From NCBI GenBank assembly GCA_004764695.1, contig SMSO01000031.1:9158761-9222760 (forward strand): 64,000 bases of DNA, written 5' to 3'. The notes under the pieces are model-generated. The model saw only the letters and a program-made list of their open reading frames with translations, searched no databases and had not been told where the DNA came from. A program made the translations under genes and the position numbers. Numbering within the stretch: position 1 is the first letter of the stretch; each line of letters begins with the position of its first letter. This document shows, piece by piece, positions 1-12,800 of this stretch. This stretch comes from Schizochytrium sp. TIO01 (Eukaryota > Protista > Bigyra: Labyrinthulomycetes).

Positions 1-680
1 TGGAGAGCTGGATTGAGTGGTTTTGCAAGCAAGAGGGCAATGAGTTCTTCTGTGAGGTGGACCGCCGCTACATTGAGGACAGCTTCAACTTGTACGGACT
101 TCGCGAGATCATTGGCCAGAACTTCAAGCGCTGCTTGGATGTGATCTTGGACCGCGTGGAGCCCATCAGCAGCGATGAGGCACTTGAGCGTCAGGTTCAG
201 GACCTCTACGGACTCATCCATGCTCGCTTTATCATTACCAAGCGTGGCCAGGATAAGATGCGCCGCAAGATGAAGGACATTGACTTCGGCGTCTGCCCGC
301 GCCTGCCCTGCCAGCAGCAGCCTGTGCTCCCTGTCGGCCTCAAGGATGAAATCGACGTCTCTGGTGTCATGGTCTATTGCCCTCGCTGTAATGACGTATT
401 CCTTCCTGCTAACCGGTGCGGCTACCGCAGTGACGACATGGACCTTGATGGCGCCTATTTTGGCACCACCTTTCCGCATCTGTTCATGATGCAGTTTCCA
501 GAGCTTTGGCCCCCTGCGCCCATCAGGGTTGAGCCGTACGTGCCCAGGGTCTTCGGATTCAAGGTCCGTCTCCCCCCACGCCCACTCGCAGATGAGGACA
601 CAGTTATGCACGACGAGAGTAAACCTGAGCCCGGATCGGCAGGACAGGACCAGCAGCAAGCCAACGATGCCAAGAAGTAG
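1..680 (+). CDS. CSNK2B: Casein kinase II regulatory (beta) subunit, 5' end at/just outside the window edge
   Basis: Frame is open from nt 3: ESWIEWFCKQEGNEFFCEVDRRYIEDSFNLYGL, LYGLIHARFIIT, zinc-binding CPRLPC...CPRC, DGAYFGTTFPHLF and YVPRVFGFKV, all hallmark CK2-beta motifs. Stop TAG at 678-680. Confidence 0.96.
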   Translation, partial: ESWIEWFCKQEGNEFFCEVDRRYIEDSFNLYGLREIIGQNFKRCLDVILDRVEPISSDEALERQVQDLYGLIHARFIITKRGQDKMRRKMKDIDFGVCPRLPCQQQPVLPVGLKDEIDVSGVMVYCPRCNDVFLPANRCGYRSDDMDLDGAYFGTTFPHLFMMQFPELWPPAPIRVEPYVPRVFGFKVRLPPRPLADEDTVMHDESKPEPGSAGQDQQQANDAKK

Positions 681-2949
681 TGATATGAACGAAAACTACA
701 AGCCATGCTAAGCTAAATATGAAGGCCGCCTTTTGAAGGAGCCAGAAGAAAAGTGAGTTTAACTTTAAATCTCATCTCTTCTATCTTACGGGTAGATAGG
801 CACTTCAAGATGGCATTGGCGCTCATTCTATCATCGTCAACGGCACAACCGACATCATCAGTGCTGCTGTATATAGCACGAATTATTGAAAATGACATAG
901 GATATATCGCCCGGCGTTCCTTCATTGACGAGTATTGGAGGAGTCCATAAGGCTCAATCTTTTTCGTGGCAATACAGCGCACATTCCTGCTGCCACAGCT
1001 GCTACGTGGTTTATGCGGCTTCTGCATCCACTTCCAAGCCGGAATCTACAACACGTGTGCAAGTGTATACTTCTGGACTGACGCATTTCACGCCTAGCTT
1101 AGCCAGTGCACGCGCTTTTGATGTCTTAATGAAATCAAAAACAAGTGGACCGTGATGAGAGGGCGAGGCGAATCAAAGACGTAGAGCCTACTGGACGCCC
1201 ACTCCGTTTACATTACACGCACAAACGACAACACTCAACAAAGACGATAACAAACACAGATACACAAATCAAAGCACAAAATGAAAAGAGAAAAAAAAAG
1301 CTACTCAACTTAACGCAACGCAACTCCACAAATATCCTATAGCGAAGCAACGCATGCCAGGGCGAAGCAAAGTAAACAAAAGCGCCGCGCATACCAGCTA
1401 CACACGCGAACACGCGTAGGCAACATGAAGAACTATTATCATAAACTCTTTTGGCCGGATTACATACAGGGCGTACTTTAAATTCCTTTCAAACCATCTT
1501 CCTTGCGCTTCTTTTACAGAGAGACAGCTAGACTCCGTTTAGTGCACGATACATAGGGATTCAGATACGAAAAAGTTAGGCACACAGTTCCCACTGGAGT
1601 CCCTAATAGCATGCAACTTATCTCGAAGAGGCCTCTCTTTCTTGAACATGTATGGGCGCATGGGTCTGAGTTATGAGACTAATAATACTGCGCAAGACCC
1701 AGCTGCAAGATTTTGCATCCCGTTTCTTGGTGTTTAATATCATATTCCTTCCATGTTTACTTTCATCTTTACCTATGCATACCACCACAATTGCAACCTT
1801 CATTCAACTAAGGGACGGCACTGCAGCATATATTGTGTGGATTAATCGAACGCTCGTGGGCTTGAAAACTCAAAATACACTTTTTCACTTTATTTCTTTT
1901 CCCCCTGGGGAAGTAATTATTGGCTTGGAGAGGCTTTCCTAGCTACCTTGAGGCTATGTGCGCCATGACAACTGTACCATGTTACCCATGAAGTGTCGAT
2001 GATCAAGTGAGGATGCTCTCCAAAGCCTTTCAACTGCTATGTTGACTTGGGCAACTTATGTCTCCCCGGAAGGGTCTCCTCCTATCCAACTCAGTCTCTT
2101 AATTTTGGTTGATTCCTTCTTCTCACTCTATGGCAATTAATTATGGTGAAATCTCCTTTTAAGTGTCAAGTGCTACCTTCTGATTCATCCCCGCGTCCGA
2201 TTCTCCCATTCTATACGCACTGATGCATGTTAGTTTTTCTTCCTCTGCAATTAATTTTATCCCTTTACAAATGAAATAAGCATCTTAATCTAACTGTTTA
2301 TTACAGTGTTTACTGTCACGTCCAGGGTATGTGTAGTTTAGGTTGATCTTCAGCTAAACAAATGCTCTTTTTGCCCAAGCGGTATACACCATGACAGTAG
2401 TCATATGCCTCAGACCATTATAGAGAAATGAAAATAGTTTTGTCACATAGGACTGTCATATCTGATGTTAATAGTTAATGTTATAAATTTTCAATGGAAG
2501 GTTTTGTAAGAATGAAAGTCTTCCTCTATTCGAAATGGTATCATCTCTTTTTGCACAAGTCAGTTCGGAGAATCATATAAATGACCAAATAAAAAGTTGA
2601 ATCAAATACGGAAATTTTACAAAAAAAGGGAAATATTCTTTCCTCTTTCAAAAGAAGACACGAGCCCCCTTTTAAATGAATAAATAACGTAGCAGGATAT
2701 TTTAAAAGTGAAATCGGTATTAGTCACTTTGGTAGCCTTTCCTAAGTTATTAATTCGAGTCACGCTACATCGGGTGCGAATTTCGTCAAAGTCATTGAGG
2801 TTCTAGAGAATATCGAGAATGTTTTCTCCTACTCGCTCTATAAGATTGGGAGCAAAGAGACGTCTCTGGTTTATCGCCTCAACTAAGGCAAGTTGTACCG
2901 GCGATTGAGATTTCATTTTGTCGCCAACGCTTTTTGATCGTCAAAAGTT

Positions 2950-4100
2950 GCGGTCTTAACAGGCATACTGCTGTTTTGCGTAACATTAAGGTCGCGATAG
3001 GAATTCCTAACTGAGTGAGTAGGCTTTCACCAAGTAATAGTTCTGCTCCAATCCATGAGTTGTCAGGAACCCAAGAGAATAATGTGTAGGCTGAGTAAGT
3101 TGGAGAAGAAAGTCAATGTACAGTTGTGCGGATCATCAGGGCCGAGTGGGGTGTCGTTTGAAGGGATCCTAATGTTTTCTTGAGCTTAGAGAGTAGACAT
3201 GGTGATAGAAACTGGTGCGTTACACCAGAATCAAAGATTCATTTGTCGATGATGCAGGCTTGCTTTTTGAAATATGTGCCGTGAGTTTCGTGTTAGCGTA
3301 TGCGCGTGCAAGTGGAGTTGGGAGTAGCTGTTCTTTGTCATTGGTGACTTCGATGACCTTGGGTAAAAGTGCTGAACTGGTGGTGTGTCCCCGCCGAGGT
3401 TTTGGGCTTGGAACCAGTGTTTTCGGACTCATCTCGGTGTTGTTTACAAGTTTCATTGCTGCCTTCTGTGGACAAGGAATATAATTTTTGGCTAGGTTTG
3501 ATGTCTACATGTTTGTGCTAGGTTGGCTGTGCTGCCTTTGTGGCGGTTCAAAAAAGTTGTGTAGGTGTTCTGTATCGAGGTAGGATACCATCTAAGGTTA
3601 ACGAGGGAGTAGCGGACTGCAATCGATGTTTCCGCCATTCGCTTGTGCTTTTCAGGAGGCCACTTCGGATTCTGCGCTGAAGTGCTGGATGTAGGGCACG
3701 TGAGCATTTGTTGGCGAGTAATGTTGAGGTGTCTGGCGTGACATGCAGTTCCTGTAGAACGTCAACGAGAGCTTTTAAACCATAGTTTATGGAGATTATG
3801 GCGAAGTCGGCTTCGATTTGTAAAGAGGCATTGGTTAGATTTGTTGGGATAGTGTCGAGATATTTGTGGAGAACCTTTGCGAGTTGGTTTTCGGCAACAA
3901 TGCGATTCTCTTAGTAAGGGGGTGGCGTCTTCATAAGGCTTGGAATGTGTACCACATTTATTCTGTGATGAAGAGTGAGGGATAGCCCCATTCAGGTTTC
4001 CCAATTAGCACGGCGTAGATGTTGATGCATACTCAAAATATAATTCGTCAGACGTGTGCTATTGCGTGCTGAGATGGAAGTGCAGGTTGTCCCATTGTTG
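2950..4100 (-). mobile_element. Degenerate LTR-retrotransposon gag-protease remnant (Ty3/gypsy-like); boundaries approximate
   Basis: Minus-strand translation gives the retropepsin active-site-like IFDSGVTHQFLSPCLLSKL (~3185-3238) and the C-terminal ELLLGESLLTQLGI (~3002-3043). A basic, Pro/Thr-rich gag-like region with stops and frameshifts lies upstream. Confidence 0.5.
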
Positions 4101-5693
4101 CGCAATAAACTTGGTAATGGGCGTACGATTGCAATGTTAAATTCTTTGTTTTTAATGGAAAATTAGCAGAAGGATCTTTTACTTAGATGGAATGAAAGTT
4201 TTCTTTGTTTTTTTCTTGTATTGAGATGTATGGCAAATACATTCATATAGAGAAACTTGTACAGAAATAGCCTCTTGAGAGGGCCAGGACGATGCAAAGT
4301 TATAAACAATCTTTTTTGGAAGTCGGCAATAAGGAAAAAATATTGTTGGTATGGATATAATGATATTTTTTCCGTATCAGAGCCAGAACATCTTTGTTTG
4401 CTAAGATCGGGAAAAAATGTATCAAGTTTTCAACTTTACACGTTATTTTATTATGTATAAAGTGGCGAATGCTTATCTTTTGAGTACTATTGTTATTTCA
4501 AAGGCTCGTGGGGTAGTAATAAGACCACCCAAATAGCTCTACTGTAATCTTATGAAGTAAAATATATATATATATCACTATTTAATTGAGTGATAAGGTG
4601 CACTGGAGAGCAAAGATCAGTATTCGTTAGAACACTTATTACAAAGAGTATGCAACTAAAAAGCTAGAGTTCTGGGTCTCAGTAATGAAACTCAGCTTGA
4701 CTTCAAACTATCACGCACACGCTTATTGAAATTATTTATAATACTGAGTTTAAAAGCGAATTTGATTCGTTGGCGGTGTGCAGAAATACACAACTTGCAA
4801 AAAAAAAAATGATCGTTTGAACCTGCTGGTTTCAGGTTTTGATTTCAGGTTTTTTACTAACATATGCCTTTCTTATCAAGTACCTAGTAATGAATCTTAA
4901 CCCTCCTTTATCCTTTCTTCCCCTCTCAATATTCTTTTAATAGTGCCGCGGTGCGTCCAAAAAGAACCCGTTGGAAAATTAATAAGAACTGGCTTCTTCT
5001 CTCAAGCTATTGCTGCAAAGTAAAGGTATTGTTCACTTTTCAATTTAAGTTTTCGTCTTGAATATGCAAGTTTCATCTCACTCAAGCAGCTTCTCTATAT
5101 ACTCAAACTATCTGTAGGTTAAGGTTGCCTCATTTGGGTTAGCGCACTTAGTATTTACTGTAGAACCCCTTCTATGTGCTCACTCCCCTTTAACAACTAA
5201 TATTTTAATATCAAGGTATAGATAACATCAAAGCTGGTCAACGGTTAGTATGGCCGTTACCTGTGATAAACATTGGCTCTGAGGCAAGTATGCTTCTTCT
5301 TTTCAAAAATACAATCAAATGTTCTGGCGTGGCTCCAGAGAGATGAAAGAAGAGAGAAGGAAAAAATGACCTTATTTAAAAGTAAAGTATAATAGGCAGA
5401 GAAGCGTTGAACGGCCATATTTTTAATAAATATTCGCAAGCAAGAGGGAAATGGAGCAGGGCGCACCGCGGCAGCAAAGCGCTAACTCTATTTTGGCAAG
5501 TACATCAAGAGGACCGGGTAGGTTCCACGAGGTGTGCTCGCCTCCAGAAATATATCGCGTGGATTAGTTGTCAAGGCTCGTTTTTTGCTGCGAGTTTTCG
5601 TACGCACAAGCATCGAAATTTATTCCGTCAGAGCTCCTATTTCATCTCGAGAGCAAAGCAAAGTTTGCAACTCCCGATCTTCGTCTAGTCAAG

Positions 5694-6491
5694 ATGGTTA
5701 AGATTCAAGCCGTCCTTGCTGTTTTTGCAGCTGTCATTGGTATGGCACAGGCAGAATGTCCGAACCAGTGCAGCGGTCATGGTCGCTGCTCAAACTACCC
5801 TATGTCATTTTCCACAGCCACGCAGACTGTCCCAATGATTGCTCTTCCCACGGGCAGTGACTACAGTATCTATGGTTGGGATACAACTGCTTCAAAGAAG
5901 GACAGCTGCACTTGCTTTACACGCGTAGAGGATGGCACCACAGTGTACGCTTGGCAAGGCGCTGACTGCTCTGAACGCACCTGTCCGTATGGAAAATCCT
6001 GGGATGCCGCTCCATCCTCCGACAACGTTCACGATTTGCAAGTTGAATGCTCTGGACGAGGACTTTGTGATCGAAGCGCTGGTGTGTGTGAGTGTTTTAC
6101 TGGATATGAGGGTAAGGGTTGCCGTCGCAGTACCTGCCCGAACGACTGCAGTGGTCACGGTCGCTGCAAGACTCTTCATGAAATTGCGAAGCTTCGCTCC
6201 GAAAATTCTGATTGGGCTGACCTCACTGAATTCAGCTACACCACCATTCAGTATGAAAATGCTTGGGATGCTGACAAGATTCAGGGCTGTGAGTGCGATG
6301 CAGGCTACAAGGGTGCTGACTGTTCGCTTGTTGAGTGTCCCTCCACCACCGATCCTATGGGTGGTCCTGGCAGCGAGAGTGGTCGCGAATGCTCTGGGCG
6401 TGGTATTTGTGATTATTCATCAGGTGTCTGCAGCTGCTTTGATACTTACGGTGGTGACAAATGCGAAATCCAAAAACAGTCGTACCTGTAA
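5694..6491 (+). CDS. Secreted EGF/tenascin-repeat protein of the stramenopile tubular mastigoneme (Sig/Ocm-like) family, 265 aa
   Basis: ATG at 5694 gives the signal peptide MVKIQAVLAVFAAVIGMAQA-E. Repeated CPNxCSGHGRC, ECSGRGxCD, GADCSxxxCP and WDADKIQGCxCD motifs follow the layout of Sig/mastigoneme proteins. Confidence 0.85.
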   Translation: MVKIQAVLAVFAAVIGMAQAECPNQCSGHGRCSNYPMSFSTATQTVPMIALPTGSDYSIYGWDTTASKKDSCTCFTRVEDGTTVYAWQGADCSERTCPYGKSWDAAPSSDNVHDLQVECSGRGLCDRSAGVCECFTGYEGKGCRRSTCPNDCSGHGRCKTLHEIAKLRSENSDWADLTEFSYTTIQYENAWDADKIQGCECDAGYKGADCSLVECPSTTDPMGGPGSESGRECSGRGICDYSSGVCSCFDTYGGDKCEIQKQSYL

Positions 6492-6899
6492 ACTTTTAAT
6501 GCAAAAACTTAGAAACATTAAACTGAAAGGCTATCCTATCGAATTTTGATGACGATCTCTTTCTTGCTACTTCACATGTATGTTGATATTTTCAATTTTA
6601 AAGAACATTCCAGAATTGTGTTTTTATTAACTTTATACCCTTCAAGGAAAGAATAGCAGGGTTTATTAGATGGATTTGATGATGACTTAAGAGCTATGTA
6701 CATGGCATGCTCTCAATGGAGCATTGCAATTAGATGTGAAAATGAAAAGGATAACAAACAAACAAAATAAAAAATTGGAGACAAGAATACGAAAAGATAA
6801 AGATCTATAGTCTGCAAGACAGCATCTGCGGTTTTGCTGAGATCTCCAATCGAAGGAACTAGTGGACAAGACATTGCTAGGGTTCTTAGTGTCCCTTTA

Positions 6900-7250
6900 T
6901 GAAACCCTAGTAGACACAAGGTTTACAATAGAGCAAGAATAAACAGCCAGAGTCATGTGGCTACCAGAGTCAAGAACCAAAAGTGTGACTACATGATTAC
7001 CTACATCCAAGCATGGTATAACTTGAATCGATGGCTGTAGAGGTTGAATTGACCTAAGCCCATCGATTATCTCTAACACCTTTCAAGAATGTTTTAACCT
7101 CCTTAATTACTACATGAATTTATCTGTCCTAGAATTTATTCTCCAGAACAGCGGTTCGCTAACTCTTAAAGCAGCCTTCTTAAAGCCTTCATCAAGTCCC
7201 TTGCCTTCATCTTTACAGTCAACCTCAAGCTGACCAGAATCGTCTTTCAG
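6900..7250 (-). mobile_element. Possible second decayed retroelement protease fragment
   Basis: VVTLLVLDSGSHMTL resembles a retropepsin D-S-G motif. The surrounding frames are interrupted by stops. Confidence 0.25.
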
Positions 7251-8659
7251 CAGGTGTTAAATTAAGATGTATCATCACTTACAATTCTTTTCTAAAAGCT
7301 AGCTTTGAACAGATACTAAATCATAGCTTACAATGATCGCATTAGAATGTCTTAAACCAAGAGAGTTACTTAAATAAATATTCCTAGTCAACTTCCGCAG
7401 TCATTAGTTGCAAGTTCTTCCTGGAGAACTTCTCTACGAGCTTCAGCTAACCCTCAGTTAGATGGAGTATTCAAATATGAATATATTCAAATTCATGTCA
7501 AAGCTTAGTAATATAAATTATAATTTTATTTGTCTGGTAACTTTGTGAAAAAGCTGACATGAAATATTCTAATCGTGTATCTTCAAAGAAGTCCTGGGTT
7601 TTGGTTGTATAGTACAAACTATTATAATTCCCTTCTAGTCTTCCTGATTTATGATTGATATATTCAAAATTGCAATTGTGATGTGAGTGCGAGTCGGTTA
7701 TTTCCGAAGTCTTTCTGAAAGATGGAAGTTCACGATGGAATTAAGATAAGAGGCTTGGAGAATGTTTGAAGAATATTTAAAATGGCTTAGTACACTTCAG
7801 CATTTAGATTTAGAGATCTGCTACTCTTGGAATTGGACTTCCCGAGCAGACTGATGGTTGAAGAGACAAGTCCATCTAATTCTCTGAAGATCAAGTATGT
7901 CTTACTCCTCAAATCTCATTTAAATTCCAACATACTTGTTCTATTGTATGTGAATCTTCAGTTTTGATAAATTGCTTGAATCCACATGCCCAAATCTGGT
8001 TGTCTGGTAGTTCTAATTTTAAGTAGGGCATTTGAGGGCTTGCAATGGTATGCCAAAAAGTCTAGCAATGTCATGTGAGCATGTCCCTTCGTTCGCGGGA
8101 AGATGTCAACATTTATTTCTCAAGTTTGAGAAACGAAAGTGTTTTCCACCTAGATCATACTTTCGCACGACTCACAACTTCAAACACTATACCATACTTA
8201 ATACCATGCAACAGCTTTAAACATCGTGGTTTTTTGTCTCTCTTTTAAAGCTGTGCAATGACGACGAGCAAAGATTTTTTTTGTTTTTTTTAATGTTTCA
8301 TGTTCTCCAGGCAAGTATGGAATATTGATAAACTGACGCCATCCTGTATACTTTAAACGTGGTTTGAAGTTCGTTCGTACAATATGAGTTTAATAAGGAG
8401 ATTTCCATCTGAGACCCGATGAAGCAATACGAGAATGCCAATTGGTTGCTTATTATTTGCTGCCTGGGTAGGTCTCGAGTTTCGTATATATATTCTCTTG
8501 TACAATATGAGCTATTACAACTGCATTGGTGCCAAGTCGTTCAATACGATTCATGTATTAGATAATACTGTTGGTTAATATTTTAAAGTTTCCTGCGCGT
8601 AGGGTAGAGACGTATTTGCAGCTTATTTTATACCTCGCGTCAAGGATTATATCATTTAA

Positions 8660-9163
8660 TCAAAAGCTGTTGCTATCTTTCTCTTCGACACGAAACTGAG
8701 CAAGTGTCTGTTCTCTTAAGGCATCTAGCTCTTCTTTTCTTTGGCGATATGCAATATTACGCTGTTGGCTTTCTTCAATCTTTGCATTGAGCCCTGCTAA
8801 TAGTTTCGTTTGCCGGGCTCGTTCTTCCTTGCGCTGATGGGCAAGTTTTTGTTCACGCGAATTCTCATGTGCAAAGCGTTGTACAAGAGCATCTGTAAGC
8901 TGGATTGGTTCATCAACCTCGGCGTTTTTAAGATGCCGTAGCATTATTGAGCGTTGATATAAGCCATCATCGTCTGATACTCTTGCATCACGGTGAACCT
9001 GAGATTTTGTGTCATGTAGCATAGCTTGCATGCGTGACTGGTTTTGTGTTCGCAGCCATCTCACGTATGCTAGCTCGACCTCGAGTTGCTCCTTCCGCGA
9101 CTTCCTCTTTGCAAGCTCAGAAAAATCCGAGTCACTGTCTACGTCAGTATCTTCGCGCTGCAT
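8660..9163 (-). CDS. Hypothetical coiled-coil protein, 167 aa
   Basis: ATG-initiated ORF with E/Q/K/R/L-rich helical composition, set in AT-rich flanks. No recognisable domain. Confidence 0.6.
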   Translation of the reverse strand: MQREDTDVDSDSDFSELAKRKSRKEQLEVELAYVRWLRTQNQSRMQAMLHDTKSQVHRDARVSDDDGLYQRSIMLRHLKNAEVDEPIQLTDALVQRFAHENSREQKLAHQRKEERARQTKLLAGLNAKIEESQQRNIAYRQRKEELDALREQTLAQFRVEEKDSNSF

Positions 9164-9612
9164 TATAGTCTTTAGTTTCTGTTGCGTGCCCCTGCCAGCT
9201 TAAAAGCTTCAGCAAACAGCAGGGTCTTGTGTTCCCCTGCTCCCTAGAGCTAAGACTAGACTCTGCGTCGCTTGCTCAGCGCACGTACTTCAGCCGCATG
9301 CCTCCACTGGCGATGCTGCGCAGTCAAAAACTGATGTAGAAAGCAGCTTGTGCAATAGTTTGTGGAAAATAACAACAAAAAAAATACTCACAGCTCAACG
9401 GATCGTTTAATGAAGTAGTAAAAGAATTTTTGTTGCAATCCAATTCGAATGACATGTTTTAGTGTTAAATAACCAAAGTGAAACTTCGTATTAAAGAATT
9501 CAATAAGGCAATTCACAAAGTTCGTATGTTTATGACAACCTAAGGCACGATAGAGTTTATTGAAATCTGAAAGTTTATCTTCTTGCTTGTGCAAACTTTG
9601 AATTTCGCATGT

Positions 9613-9811
9613 TGTATAATTAAAATATTCAAGGAATAGTATATCCCTGGTTAGATCTAAATATCAATATTAGGTAGTGATCAGGACATGCAAATATAAG
9701 GAGAGTGACATATTGTATAATAAAAATATTCAAGGAATAGTATCTCCCTGCTTAGATTTAAGTATGCTTTGCTGCCAATATTAGGTAGTGATCAGGACAT
9801 GCAAGCATAAG
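9613..9811. repeat. Two-copy imperfect tandem duplication, ~100-bp period
   Basis: TTGTATAAT.AAAATATTCAAGGAATAGTAT.TCCCTG.TTAGAT...CAATATTAGGTAGTGATCAGGACATGCAA..ATAAG occurs at ~9613-9700 and ~9713-9811. Confidence 0.9.
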
Positions 9812-12800
9812 CTGCTAGTGGCTGCCTGGCACTAAAGAAAATGTCAGCTCAAGACGTGATACGTGCCAAACTGCATAGCGTAAACACTGTTTTCTGATCA
9901 TTTGCTTTGCTCAGAAGAATGTATTCCCCAAAAGTATATTCTGTTGATTCAATAGTCTATTCCCAAAGAGCTGCTGATATTTATTTATGCTACAGCTCCA
10001 TAATAGCTCCAACCTATTCAAGTCAATCTGTTATTTGAGCTGGTGAGAGCTCATAACCTTGAGAGAGCTTCTATCGCTCGTTTAATTCTGCTTCTGCCCT
10101 GTTTTGACTGTGCCAAAATATACAAGCTTCGAGAGCCTTCTTATTGGTTGGCCGGTCTGCTTGTTCTACAATCAAACCGATACAAAAGTTAGAATTTTGG
10201 TTTTCCCGGCAAACCATCAGTCTCTCCCAATCTACGTCAGCTAGTCGGGAGTGTTTTCTTTACATGAAAGAAATATTATTTCTTCCTAGGCCTACATATA
10301 TAGCACTGCGCAGCAGGAAGGGCATTGTCCTATCAGCCAGGAAATCTAGTTTCCTCTCATTTTATAATATATATATATTGTCCCATTCAATCACAGGAAT
10401 GAATCCATGGCATACGCTTCACAAATGGCCCCAGTCCAAGTGTCACGGCCAATCCAAGTGACTCTCCGTCTGAAAATCCCACGCTGCTTTAAGACGCTGC
10501 CTCTGAGCTCGCGCCCGAGTCTATATTCGCCGAACCATTCATCTGTAGTGGCTTCTGGCTGGAAGTGTTGATGCTCTCCCTCACATGCACAATCCGCGAA
10601 AGAAGATCATGCCAGCCATCATCATCACTACCGCTACTGATGTCGCCAACACAGCGTTAAAGATCGCCTCCGCCACGGTTTGCAGTTGCTGCTGAGCTAT
10701 AGAGAGACGAAAGTTTTGCGGGGGGCACACCTCTAAGTTTGCGGCGGCATAAACTCAGCCCTGTCCTGCAAAGCACGCGCGTAGTCGGTCTCAAGATCTT
10801 CCAAGCTGGCGGCCAGAAGCGGGTGCGCTTTGCGTTGTTCTAGCTAGGCTGCTGCAACCAGTGCGAGTCTGAGTGACCAAGCAATAAAACTTATTTACAT
10901 GTCGCACCGAGCAATGGATAACAAGTCCAGCATCGGCCTTTTAAAAGCCCCTTTCTTCAACTTACTTAGCAATTCCTAATACTTGCTCGCTTTCTCAGGC
11001 GACGTGGGATCCAACTGTCCTTGTGATCACTTGGATCGCGACACCCAAGAATGAAACGCTGATTTGCCTGTCCACCTCTATTACCTTACCTGAACTTCAA
11101 GAAATAAAAGGGGATAGAGTACGCAGATAAATATATCTACCTACAAGGACAGACTTCGAGGAACTTTCATATTGAAAATGTCTTTTTCGAGCAGCGGTGA
11201 AAGTAAATAAGGCCAACCTGAAGGAAAGGTCGAGTGTGTGGACTTAGCGCAGTCCATTTAGCTTTCGAGTGACTGACCGACTTGAACTAAAGATACTATG
11301 TTTTTGGTTTTGTTTTTTTAAGTAAAGGTGTATGACTTGGAGAAAATAAATTATTTGAGGTGCAGTTTGTAAGTTGGTTCTTGATTCACCCCTTCCACGG
11401 GCGCTTGAAGTTTGAAATTGAAGGAATCTGAATTTTATTTGATTTGTTCCTTCTTCCTCGAGTTCTTTTCTCATGATTTAGTTTTTAGTTTTCAATTTGT
11501 ATACATTCCTATATACCCCTGAGCTATTTACGTATATATAAATAACTTGCCATTAAGGAAGGTGGCTGACTGACTGACTGACTTTACTTGAAAAAAACCT
11601 TTTCGAGTAATTAAAAACAAATCGACGACCAGAATGTTTTATAATGAAAGAACAAACAACCCCTTAAAAGAAACAAAAAGAAACAAAAATAACTTCAGCC
11701 ATTATCAAGTAAGTGGCCGCGAAGTCGTGCTTCCCCAAATTCGCACCCAAGAGGTAGTAGGTAGCGAGTCTCTCCCCTTGAAGCATGCGCTCTGGCGACG
11801 CCTCTGGCACCTCTCCCACTCCAAGCTCGTCTTCTTATCTATACCCAGACACTCCTGCACGTTTCACCCATTTATTCGCGCCTCAGTCTCGGCTTCTCTG
11901 GGCTTTTGAGCCTCGAGACGTACGCCGCTGCTGCCCATAGGTTTCCCCGCAGCGCGCACATGTTCCCCCGGCGTCTAGCAAAGCACTATCAGAGGCTAGC
12001 GCCGGAAGATCCAGGTTTCTTCCGGCTGACCTCGTTTCAGTCTCAGGTCACTTGGAGATCCAACTGGCCAACTAAGCCGCAAGGTATGCCGTAGCGCAGT
12101 CACTTGGATTCGCGGCGCTGGCAGCGCTGAGATTGACAGCGAGGAGGACCTGGAGGCCGGAGGCCGATCGCTCGGCGGACGCAAAGGACGCACGGGGTGG
12201 CAGGGGCGGAAAGCCACACGGTTTGGGGCTTCCGAGAGCGATGGAAGGCGGCTTTAGGCTAAAGCCTCCTTGGTTTTCTTGGATGGTCACGACTTCTTTT
12301 GCTTCTTTTGCTCCTAATTCTTCTGTGCGTCCTACCCATAAGTGCTCGAGGCAGAACAGCTTCGAGACCAGCAAGCTTGCGAGCGTGTATAAAGCAGACA
12401 CGTGCAGGAACCCTGGCGATGAGAAGCTCCTGAGGCCAAAGGAGATCGCGGAGTCTTGAGGTGGGGTGGAGAACTCGTCCTCAGGCGTGAACTTGTAATT
12501 GAAGTCTATTGCAAGTTTCGTGCTCAAGGCAAACGAGAAAGCACGCAACGAGCCAAACTTGGCAAGGGCCCTCTTACAGTTGTGTCTTTGTCAGCGACAC
12601 TTGCACTTGGAACTGCCTTTAGTCGCTCGGCTCCGGGGTGGTGAAAGGAACTTTGGCCTCAGACGGAGGTATCGCTGAGAGTGGGTTTATACACCTGCCA
12701 GAAAGCACATTCTTCATTCCCTGTTCTAGCGGGTGATACTTTATTTTTTCATAGGTTACGTGAGCATAATTTATCGCCAATGTAGGGCTCCCCGAAGAGG

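Noticed and set aside
5568-5693. N-terminal extension of the EGF protein in the ORF track
   Set aside because: It begins at a TTG; the ATG at 5694 directly precedes a clean signal peptide.
9613-9811. CRISPR-like repeat-spacer pattern
   Set aside because: Only two long imperfect copies, no unique spacers and no cas genes. The 63.1-kb minisatellite likewise lacks spacers.
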